Source of the DNA: an uncultured Methylomirabilota bacterium
GTDB lineage: Bacteria > Methylomirabilota > Methylomirabilia > Methylomirabilales > 2-02-FULL-66-22
Length of the DNA stretch: 64,000 nucleotides
Direction of reading: 5' to 3'
NCBI GenBank assembly: GCA_963845565.1
Contig: CAWJSJ010000004.1
Coordinates: 96,001 to 160,000, forward strand
A program made the translations under genes and the position numbers. The notes under the pieces were generated by a model, which made no database searches, was not told where the DNA came from, and saw only the letters and a list, made by a program, of their open reading frames with translations. Shown here one piece after another: positions 56,281 through 64,000 of the stretch (the first letter of the stretch is position 1; each line of letters opens with the position of its first letter).

Positions 56281-56371
56281 GGTTTTCCCTCCTTGCACGC
56301 GGACCATCCCGCCGCCACGACGACCTGTGCGCCTACCTTACGCGTCTCGGTCCGCCGCGGCAAGCGGATAA

Positions 56372-57115
56372 TCATTCCGCGGTCGGCGCGCTCACACGAT
56401 GCCAGGCGGCTTCCAGGGGTGCCGCAATCTCCGGCGGCACCAGGCCGGCGACCGGTTCACCCCGGGCCAGCCGCGCGCGAACAGCGGTCGCCGAGACCGC
56501 CGCGAGATCGGCGGAGAGTCGGATCACGCGAATACGATCCGCGAAGGGTGCGACGTCGGCCCGAGCCAGGAAGGCAGCGATCGCCTCCAGCGGCTCCGGT
56601 GCGCGGTTGGCAACCACGCACTCGCTCCTCTCGAAGAGCCGCGAGAGCGAGGCCGCCGGGTCGGTGTAATATTTTGGCTCGAACAGCCGGACGAGGGTGT
56701 CGAATCCCAGCAGAAACACCGGCCGCGTGCCCGCAGGATAGGCGGTGCGAATGGCCTCCAGTTTGTCGACGAAACGGCCGTGACCGACCGCCGCCACGGA
56801 GACCGTGGGGCGGGATTCGGCAAAGCGGCGCAGGAGATCCAGGCGCACGGCCAGGGGCACGCCGGTGATCGCCTTGTCCACGTTGGCGACCGCCAGGAGG
56901 AGCAAGACCTCCCCGGGCGGACTCAGCCGGCTTGCCTCTCCGATGAGGGCGGCGTGCGCTGTCGTCATTGGATTGAACGAGGCGGACAGACAGAGGAGCG
57001 TGCCCCCGTCCCCGCCGAGCCCTGCCGGCGCGCGACGCACATACGCCAGGCGCGCGGGGCCGGAGGGTGCAAGTTCCGCCAGGATGGCGGACACTGGCCG
57101 CATATTCGGCTCCAT
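56372..57115 (-). CDS. Cytidylyltransferase-fold NMN/NaMN adenylyltransferase-like protein
   Basis: SASFNPMTTAH, NVDK, FVDK, GFDTLVRLF.PKYY, VSATAVR. Confidence 0.75.
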   Translation of the reverse strand: MEPNMRPVSAILAELAPSGPARLAYVRRAPAGLGGDGGTLLCLSASFNPMTTAHAALIGEASRLSPPGEVLLLLAVANVDKAITGVPLAVRLDLLRRFAESRPTVSVAAVGHGRFVDKLEAIRTAYPAGTRPVFLLGFDTLVRLFEPKYYTDPAASLSRLFERSECVVANRAPEPLEAIAAFLARADVAPFADRIRVIRLSADLAAVSATAVRARLARGEPVAGLVPPEIAAPLEAAWHRVSAPTAE

Positions 57116-57299
57116 CGGGCGTCCCTTCCGCGTGAGGTTCCGGTCCATCGCCAAGGAAAAGAGCATATCGGTGTACCGCCGGACCGGTCAAGAGCTCTTC
57201 CCGACCCGGGGTGGGCCGTGGGAGACGAGGTGCGACACGGCGGGGCCCGCATCTCCAGTTCCGACGCGGGGTTGCCGACACTGACAGGGGATTTTCACC

Positions 57300-57328
57300 T
57301 TGACAAATATCCCTCGTACGGGTAGTTT
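57300..57328 (+). promoter_or_regulatory. Sigma70-type promoter for the ffh operon
   Basis: TTGACA-N17-TAGTTT. Confidence 0.6.
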
Positions 57329-57355
57329 CCCAGTTTACGTTTTGCGGGGGAATCC

Positions 57356-58697
57356 ATGTTCCAGGGGCTCAGCGACCGGCTGAACGACATCTTCAAGCGG
57401 CTGCGTGGCTTCGGCCGCCTCAGCGAGGACAACATCGCGGAGGCGTTGCGCGAGGTGCGTCTGGCCCTGCTCGAAGCGGACGTCAACGTCAAGGTCGTTC
57501 GCTCGTTCCTCGAGCGCGTCCGTGAGCGCGCCGTGGGGCGTGACGTTCTCGAATCGCTCACGCCGGGCCAGCAGGTGGTCAAGGTGGTCTATGAGGAGCT
57601 GGCGGCCCTCATGGGCGGCACGGCCAACCGCCTGCGGACCGCCGGGCAGCCACCCACCGTGCTCATGCTGGTCGGTCTGCAGGGGTCGGGAAAAACCACC
57701 ACGGCCGGGAAGCTGGCTCGGCTCCTCCGGGGCCAGGGTCAGCGGCCGCTCCTGGTGGCGGCCGACCTCCAGCGGCCGGCGGCGCAGGACCAATTGGTGA
57801 CCTTGGGCGGGATGGTGGAGGTCGAGGTCTACCGTGCCGCGGGCGCCACGTCCCCCGTCGCCGTGTGCCGCGAGGCCCTGAGCCACGCCAAGGCCCGCAT
57901 GCTGGATCCGGTCATCCTGGACACCGCCGGCCGCCTGCACGTGGACGAGCCGTTGATGGAGGAGCTTGCGGGCCATCAAGGCCGAACTCAAGCCGACCGA
58001 GATTCTCATGGTGGCGGACGCCATGACCGGCCAGGATGCGGTCAACTCCGCGGCGGCCTTTCATCAGGCACTGGAGCTGACCGGCTACATCCTGACCAAG
58101 CTGGACGGCGACACGCGGGGCGGTGCGGCCCTGTCCATCCGGTCGGTCACCGGGGCGCCGATCAAGTTCGTCGGGCTGGGCGAGAAACTCGACGCCCTGG
58201 AGGTCTTTCACCCCGAGCGCATGGCCTCGCGCATCCTGGGGATGGGCGATGTGCTGAGTCTGGTGGAAAAGGCCGAGCAAGCCGTCGACCAGAAACAGGC
58301 GGCCGTCCTCCAGAAGAAGCTCAAGGCGCAGACCTTCACCCTGGAGGACTTTCGGGATCAGCTTCGGCAGGTCCGGGGCATGGGGCCGCTCGATCAGTTG
58401 ATCGGGATGATCCCCGGCCTGTCGCGCGTCAAGGGATTGCCCGACTCTGCCCAGCAAGAGAAAGAGTTGAAGCGCGTGGAGGCCATCATCGACTCCATGA
58501 CGCCCGGCGAGCGGCGTCGCCCGGAGGTCCTGAACGGCTCCCGGCGAAAGCGGATCGCGGACGGGTCCGGCACCAGCGTGACCGACGTCAACCGGCTTCT
58601 GAAACAGTTTGGCGAGATGCAGAAGATGATGCGGCAGCTCATGCAGGCCGGCAAGGGCGGGCGCATGCCGCGGCATCTGCCGTTTTCGGTCCATTAA
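57356..58697 (+). CDS. ffh: Signal recognition particle protein, with a +1 frameshift at ~57966
   Basis: LLEADV, GLQGSGKTTT, DTAGR; continues DAMTGQDA, TKLDGD, RILGMGD, SMT..ER in the +1 frame. Confidence 0.93.
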
Positions 58698-58757
58698 CCC
58701 CGGTTTGACCGGCAGGACCGCCGCGCCCGCGGCGGTCCGGATTTCCTGGGAGGCTGT

Positions 58758-59042
58758 ATGGCTGTCAAGATTCGATTGCGGCGTATGGGAACGAAGAAGG
58801 TTCCATTCTACCGGGTGGTGGTGGCGGACGAGCGCGCCGCACGGGACGGACGGTTTCTGGAGAGCTTGGGCACATACGATCCCGTCAGTCAACCGATCGG
58901 GCTGAAGCTCGATGCCGACAAGGCCCTGCGCTGGCTGCAGAAGGGCGCTCAGCCGACCGACACGGTTCGGTCGCTCCTGCGGACGGTGGGGGTCATGCGG
59001 CGGTACGCCGAGAGCCGAGTCAAGGCTCCAGCCGCCTCCTAG
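58758..59042 (+). CDS. rpsP: 30S ribosomal protein S16
   Basis: [27 protein letters not shown]. Confidence 0.96.
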   Translation: MAVKIRLRRMGTKKVPFYRVVVADERAARDGRFLESLGTYDPVSQPIGLKLDADKALRWLQKGAQPTDTVRSLLRTVGVMRRYAESRVKAPAAS

Positions 59043-59109
59043 CGGAGGCGTTCGCGCTCGGCTCGCCGGCGGCTCTGCGAAGGGTGGGGCATGGATGGAG
59101 GGGACACCC

Positions 59110-59343
59110 GTGTTCAAAGAGCTGGTGGAGTACGTGGCGAAGGCGCTGGTGGACCAGCCGGACCAGGTGCACGTCGAGGCGGTGGAGGATTCGACCACCA
59201 CGACGCTCAGATTGCGCGTGGCCCCCGGGGACCTCGGGCGAGTGATCGGCAAGCAAGGGCGAACGGCCCGGGCGATCCGGACGCTGCTCCACGCCACGGC
59301 GGCCCGAGCCAAGCGGCGGGTGGTGCTGGAAATCCAGGAGTGA
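59110..59343 (+). CDS. khpA: KH-domain RNA-binding protein
   Basis: LVDQP, DLGRVIGKQGRTARAIR; between rpsP and rimM. Confidence 0.9.
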   Translation: MFKELVEYVAKALVDQPDQVHVEAVEDSTTTTLRLRVAPGDLGRVIGKQGRTARAIRTLLHATAARAKRRVVLEIQE

Positions 59344-59347
59344 GGCA

Positions 59348-59905
59348 ATGGGGCGGCCGGACTTCCTGATCCTCGGGCGGATCACCAAGGCGCACGGGAT
59401 CCGGGGCGAGGCGAAGGTGGCCCTGTACGCCGACGACTGGGCGCCTTTCCGTGGGTTTTCCCGGTGCTGGGTGGGCCCTCGGGGCGGCCCATTCCAGCCG
59501 GTCGAGATCGAGGCCGGAAGCGCGCACGGTCGGACGGTGACGCTGAAGCTGGTGGGGGTCGACACGCCGGAGGCTGTGGCGCCGCTGGTGGGACATGAAG
59601 TGGCCATCCCGCGGACCGATGCGCCTCCGCCGCCGGACGGCTCCTTCTATCACTACGACATCCTCGGGCTCGAGGTGGTGTCGGGTGACCGCTCGCTCGG
59701 GAGCGTGCGCGAGATCGTGGAAACGCCGGCCCACGATGTGTACGTGATCCAACGGGACGGCGGCGAATGGCTGTTGCCGGCGACGCGCGTGTGTATCCGC
59801 CGCATCGACCTTGCCGCCGGACGGATCGAATTGCACCCGTCCGCGGACGTGGCCGGGCTTGGCGGCGGCGACCAGAAAGAGGAGAGGGGTTCTGAATCGG
59901 TTTGA
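59348..59905 (+). CDS. rimM: Ribosome maturation factor
   Basis: GRI..AHGIRGE, FY.YDILGL, TPAHDVYV; synteny. Confidence 0.92.
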   Translation: MGRPDFLILGRITKAHGIRGEAKVALYADDWAPFRGFSRCWVGPRGGPFQPVEIEAGSAHGRTVTLKLVGVDTPEAVAPLVGHEVAIPRTDAPPPPDGSFYHYDILGLEVVSGDRSLGSVREIVETPAHDVYVIQRDGGEWLLPATRVCIRRIDLAAGRIELHPSADVAGLGGGDQKEERGSESV

Positions 59906-60659
59906 TGTTTTGACGTTGTTCCCCGCGATGTTCGACGGGCCGTTGCGGGAAAGCATCCTGAGTCGCGCCCAGGACAAGGGCCTCGCCGCGATTCACGTCC
60001 ATGACCTCCGGGGCTGGACGCACGACCGGCACCGCGTGGTGGACGACGTTCCGTACGGGGGCGGGGCGGGCATGGTGCTCAAGCCCGAGCCGGTGTTTGA
60101 GGCCGTCGAGGCGTTGCGACAGGGACCGGCCAGCACCGTGGTGGCCTTGACCCCGCAAGGCATACCGTTCACCCAGCGGTTGGCCTCCGAGCTCGCGTGC
60201 CTCCCGCACCTGATCCTGCTGTGCGGGCGGTACGAGGGGTTCGATGACCGGATCCCCGAGGGCCTGCAGGCCTTGGAAATTTCGGTCGGCGACTACGTCC
60301 TCTCCGGGGGGGAGATCCCTGCGCTGGTCGTCTTGGATGCCACGGTCCGGCTGATCCCGGGGGTGCTGGGGGACGAGACCTCGGCCTTGACCGACTCTTT
60401 TGCCACGGGACTGCTGGAACACCCGCATTACACGCGGCCACCGACGTTCCGTGGGATGAGGGTGCCTCCGGTGCTGTTGTCGGGGGATCATCAGGCCATC
60501 GCGCGCTGGCGGCGAAAGCAGGCGTTGCGGAGAACCCAGGAGCGGCGTCCGGACCTCCTCCGACAGACGAACCTGTCAGACGCAGATCGGGAACTCCTGG
60601 CCGAGGTCGAGGCAGAGGATGCGGGCATCTCGAGGACAGGTCACGGCGTGACGAAATGA
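59892..60659 (+). CDS. trmD: tRNA (guanine37-N1)-methyltransferase, apparent CTG start
   Basis: FDVLTLFP, DD.PYGGGAGM, CGRYEG.D, S.GDYVLSGGE, P.YTRP. Confidence 0.93.
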   Translation: MNRFDVLTLFPAMFDGPLRESILSRAQDKGLAAIHVHDLRGWTHDRHRVVDDVPYGGGAGMVLKPEPVFEAVEALRQGPASTVVALTPQGIPFTQRLASELACLPHLILLCGRYEGFDDRIPEGLQALEISVGDYVLSGGEIPALVVLDATVRLIPGVLGDETSALTDSFATGLLEHPHYTRPPTFRGMRVPPVLLSGDHQAIARWRRKQALRRTQERRPDLLRQTNLSDADRELLAEVEAEDAGISRTGHGVTK

Positions 60660-60772
60660 TCAGGCTCGGCTTCGAGACGGGTGCGGAGCGAGCCTGGATG
60701 GTGGTCACCGTTTTGGGCGAGGCATCGGGCCGCGGCGATCGGCCGACGTGATAGCCTCCAGGGGGTACGCGC

Positions 60773-61120
60773 ATGCAAGCGATTCAGGCAGTCGAGGAGA
60801 AACACCTGAGGACGGACCACCCGCCATTCAAGCCTGGGGACACGGTCAAGGTCCAGGTGAAGGTCGTGGAAGGGGACAAGGAGCGGTTGCAGGCCTTCGA
60901 GGGGATCTGCATCCGGCGGCGCGGGGCCGGGCTCAGCGCCACCTTCACCGTCCGGAAGGTGACGTACGGGGTCGGGGTCGAGCGCACCTTTCCTCTGCAC
61001 TCGCCCAGCATTGACCGGATCGAGGTCCTGCGGCAAGGGTTGGTGCGCCGGGCAAAGCTGTACTACCTCCGCAAGTTGAAGGGCAAGGCGGCGCGGATCA
61101 AGGAACGGCGCACCCGCTAG
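60773..61120 (+). CDS. rplS: 50S ribosomal protein L19
   Basis: [31 protein letters not shown]. Confidence 0.96.
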   Translation: MQAIQAVEEKHLRTDHPPFKPGDTVKVQVKVVEGDKERLQAFEGICIRRRGAGLSATFTVRKVTYGVGVERTFPLHSPSIDRIEVLRQGLVRRAKLYYLRKLKGKAARIKERRTR

Positions 61121-61137
61121 CTCCGCCAATACTACGC

Positions 61138-61815
61138 ATGGCCGGACGCCGCGTGACCTCCTTCCTTTCTCGGCGCGCCTCCCTGCCGGTGCTGTCGGCG
61201 GCCTGGGAGGGCGCGGTGCCTGTCGGGAGTCGTCTGGCCGGGGTGGACGAGGCCGGCCGGGGCAGCCTGGCCGGTCCGGTGGTGGCCGCGGCGGTGATCC
61301 TTCCGATGGAGGCCACGCTTCCCGGTCTGACGGACAGCAAACTGCTCTCGCCGTCGGTGCGTGTCCGCCTGGCGGAGATGATCCGGTCACAGGCTGTCGC
61401 CTGCGCGGTGGCCGCGGTGGAGGCGTCGCAGATCGACGCCACCAACATCCTGCGGGCGACCCTCGAGGCCATGGCGCGAGCGGTGCGTGATCTTGCCGTC
61501 CAGCCGGACCTGGTCCTGGTGGACGGGAATATGGTCCCACCCTTGGCGGTGCCGGCGCGGTGGGTCATCCGCGGGGATCAACTCGTGCCGGCCATCTCGG
61601 CCGCGTCCATCCTGGCGAAGGTCACCCGGGACGCCATCATGGACGAATGGGCGGTCCGGTTTCCCGCCTACGGTTTCGCCCAGCACAAAGGATACGGGAC
61701 CGCCGCCCACCGTTCGCGCATCGCGGCCATCGGGCCGTGCTCCATTCATCGCAAGACGTTTGCCGGCGTGCGCGAGCACCTGGGCGGGGCGGGCGCGCAG
61801 GGGAGTCTGTGGTGA
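61138..61815 (+). CDS. rnhB: Ribonuclease HII
   Basis: [36 protein letters not shown]. Confidence 0.94.
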   Translation: MAGRRVTSFLSRRASLPVLSAAWEGAVPVGSRLAGVDEAGRGSLAGPVVAAAVILPMEATLPGLTDSKLLSPSVRVRLAEMIRSQAVACAVAAVEASQIDATNILRATLEAMARAVRDLAVQPDLVLVDGNMVPPLAVPARWVIRGDQLVPAISAASILAKVTRDAIMDEWAVRFPAYGFAQHKGYGTAAHRSRIAAIGPCSIHRKTFAGVREHLGGAGAQGSLW

Positions 61816-62198
61816 CGGAGGCTCGCCGCGCCCTGGGGAAGCTCGGGGAAGCCGCCGCGGCCGCGTATCTCCAGCGGAACGGCGTCCGGATCCTGGCGGC
61901 CAACTTCGCGTGCGCCGCCGGCGAGATCGATCTGATCGGGACGGAGCGCGAGGCGCTCCTGTTCATCGAGGTGAAGACTCGGACCTCGGAGGCGTTCGGG
62001 CCGCCGCACCTGGCCGTTCACCAGCGCAAGCAGCGGCAGATCGTGCGGGTGGCGCAGTGGTTCCTGGCCGAACGGCGGATGCCCGAGACGGCGTGCCGCT
62101 TCGACGTCGTGGCGGTGACCTTCCCGCCGGGCGACGGGACGCCCCGGATTCACTGGGTACGGGATGCGTTTCCGGCAGAAGGGGTACAGGTATGGTGA
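61812..62198 (+). CDS. yraN: YraN / UPF0102 family protein
   Basis: LG..GE..A, GEIDLI, FIEVKTR, RFDVV. Confidence 0.9.
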   Translation: MTEARRALGKLGEAAAAAYLQRNGVRILAANFACAAGEIDLIGTEREALLFIEVKTRTSEAFGPPHLAVHQRKQRQIVRVAQWFLAERRMPETACRFDVVAVTFPPGDGTPRIHWVRDAFPAEGVQVW

Positions 62199-62683
62199 TG
62201 AATCCCAAGCCGGATCTGACGGTGGTGCCGGACATCCTGCGCACGGTTCCGTTCTTCCAGGAGCTGACCCAGGCGGAACTGGACCTGGTCATCGCCCTGG
62301 GGCACGTGGTTGCCTACCCCAAGGACATGGCGCTCTTCCAGGAAGGGGACAAGGGCGAGGCGCTCTATGTGGTCATCGAGGGCGCCGTGCGGATCATGAA
62401 GAACGCGCCGGACGCCGGGGCGGAAGTCATGGCCTTCCTGGAGCGGGGAGGATGTTTCGGCGAGATGGCCCTGGTGGACGACTTTCCTCGGTCTGCCACC
62501 GCCATCGCCCACGAGGAGTGCGTGGTCCTGTTCCTGGAGCGAGACGCCGTTCTGGACCTCTTCCGGGAGGCGCCCGTGGTCGGCCGGAAGATTCTCTGGG
62601 CTTTTTGCCGCAGCCTGTCGCTCCGGTTACGGGAAGCGGACGATCGGATTGCGGTGCTGTCCTCCTTTGGCCGTCCCGCCTGA
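62198..62683 (+). CDS. Stand-alone cyclic-nucleotide-binding domain protein
   Basis: F.EGD.G..LYV...G.V, FGEMAL....RSATA. Confidence 0.88.
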   Translation: MNPKPDLTVVPDILRTVPFFQELTQAELDLVIALGHVVAYPKDMALFQEGDKGEALYVVIEGAVRIMKNAPDAGAEVMAFLERGGCFGEMALVDDFPRSATAIAHEECVVLFLERDAVLDLFREAPVVGRKILWAFCRSLSLRLREADDRIAVLSSFGRPA

Positions 62684-62920
62684 CGCGGTCGGCCGGTGAC
62701 GGCCGGGGGGCGACCGACCTCGCGGGTCGCAATACGGCTTGTCGGTGCACGGTGTTGTCATTCGGTCCGGATCCGTCACGAATCCGTCGTGATAAGCCGG
62801 GCGAGGGTCTCTGCTTGACGGCCTCCGGTGGCGCCCTGTGGTGTGGAGACATCCGAAATGCCCCTTGCCTCGCACGCACGCCGTGCCGCAGGCGAGCGGT
62901 GCGGCGGAGAGGAGTCCGAT

Positions 62921-63373
62921 ATGCAGAACATTCAACGCGGTCCCAAAGCGGTCCAGGCGGGGCAGGGCCGAACGCTCGTCGCACTGGGCGAGCGGGTCAC
63001 GCTGAAACTGACAGGGGAGGACACCGAGGGGGCCTCTGCTCTGGTCGAAATATCCACGCCGCCCCAGGTCGGGCCGCCGTTGCACGTCCACCAGCGAGAG
63101 GACGAGAGTGTCTACGTGCTGGAGGGGATGTTCGAGATCCGCGTCGGCGGTCGGATGATCCCGGCTCCCCCGGGGACTTTTGCCTTCCTGCCCCGGGATA
63201 TCCCACACAACTATACGAACGTCGGCTACCGCACCGGACGACTGCTTGTCACCATCACCCCCGCGGGGTTTGAGACGTTCTTCGAGGAGCTGAGTCGGTT
63301 CTCGCCGGGGGCACCGCCCGCCCGAGACCAGCTCGTCGCGCTCGGCCGGAAGTACGGTCTCGAGATCCTGTAG
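62921..63373 (+). CDS. Cupin-domain protein (quercetinase-like)
   Basis: GPPLHVHQREDE..YVLEG, PRDIPH, PAGFE.FF. Confidence 0.85.
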   Translation: MQNIQRGPKAVQAGQGRTLVALGERVTLKLTGEDTEGASALVEISTPPQVGPPLHVHQREDESVYVLEGMFEIRVGGRMIPAPPGTFAFLPRDIPHNYTNVGYRTGRLLVTITPAGFETFFEELSRFSPGAPPARDQLVALGRKYGLEIL

Positions 63374-63472
63374 CCGCAGGCGTCTCCGAGGAGCCTCCGC
63401 CCGACCCCTGTGCCTCCTCCTACACGCCGCGCCCGGCGGTTGTCGGCGCGATTCCCCGGGGAGATCCGCCTG

Positions 63473-64000
63473 ATGATTGTGATCGCCAGCGCCAACGGCC
63501 GGATCGGCATCGAGGACGCCATGCGGGTGCTCCGGAACGGCGGATCGGCCCTGGATGCGGTCGAGGCCGGGATCCGGCCCGTCGAGAGCAACCCCGAAGA
63601 CCACACCGTCGGCTACTCGGGTCTCCCCAACCTCTTGGGTGAGGTCGAGGTGGACGCCAGCATCATGGACGGCGGGACGCTTCAAGCGGGCGCGGTGGGC
63701 GCGGTCCGACATTGCCTCCACGCCATCTCACTGGCCCGGAAGGTCATGGAGGAGCTTCCGCACGTTCTGCTGGTGGGCGCGGGTGCGGAGCGGTTTGCCC
63801 GGGAAATGGGGTTTCCGGAAACCGACCTGCTCACCCCGGAGGCCAAGGCGATCTGGCGGGAGATCTTCGACGCGAAAGTGCCCTCGGTGTACGAGGAACG
63901 GCTGGGCTACGTGGAAAGCATCCGCCGCTTCGCCAAGCTGGCGGCGGATCCGGAGCGGCCGAACGAGACCGTCAACGTCATCGCGCAGGACGCCCAGGGG
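63473..64000 (+). CDS. Isoaspartyl peptidase / glycosylasparaginase (Ntn hydrolase), partial
   Basis: Own translation: MIVIASANG...GGSALDAVEAG...TVGYSGLPN..GEVEVDASIMDG; runs off the window. Confidence 0.88.
   Translation, partial: MIVIASANGRIGIEDAMRVLRNGGSALDAVEAGIRPVESNPEDHTVGYSGLPNLLGEVEVDASIMDGGTLQAGAVGAVRHCLHAISLARKVMEELPHVLLVGAGAERFAREMGFPETDLLTPEAKAIWREIFDAKVPSVYEERLGYVESIRRFAKLAADPERPNETVNVIAQDAQG

Overview
A GC-rich bacterial chromosomal window, mostly housekeeping genes: ubiD-family decarboxylase, sdhCAB, trpS, guaBA, dnaE, accA, PPi-type pfk, argG, tRNA-Gly(CCC) and the ffh-rpsP-khpA-rimM-trmD-rplS-rnhB-yraN block. The organism is probably not an actinobacterium (LapA-like gene, sigma-54 activator; lineage is only inferred). 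The standout is a complete Pup-proteasome locus (pup, arc, dop, prcB, prcA, pafA, then ferritin) with two unusual properties. (1) dop and pafA, which encode opposing enzymes, share a 509-bp in-frame segment that is identical at the DNA level and flanks prcBA as a direct repeat. (2) The small zinc-ribbon gene between pup and arc has an in-frame UGA at a Cys position followed by a SECIS-like hairpin, making it a candidate selenoprotein. Other points of interest: a GT4 + two PTPS + folE operon (possible pterin glycoside pathway), a MoaD/ThiS-like protein with a masked GG, several apparent pseudo-enzymes, a MITE-like element and a dispersed palindrome family. Single-base frameshifts in dnaE, ffh, pepA and mscS, and a garbled ybaK, probably reflect sequencing or consensus errors. 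All calls come from reading motifs by eye; no database searches were run.
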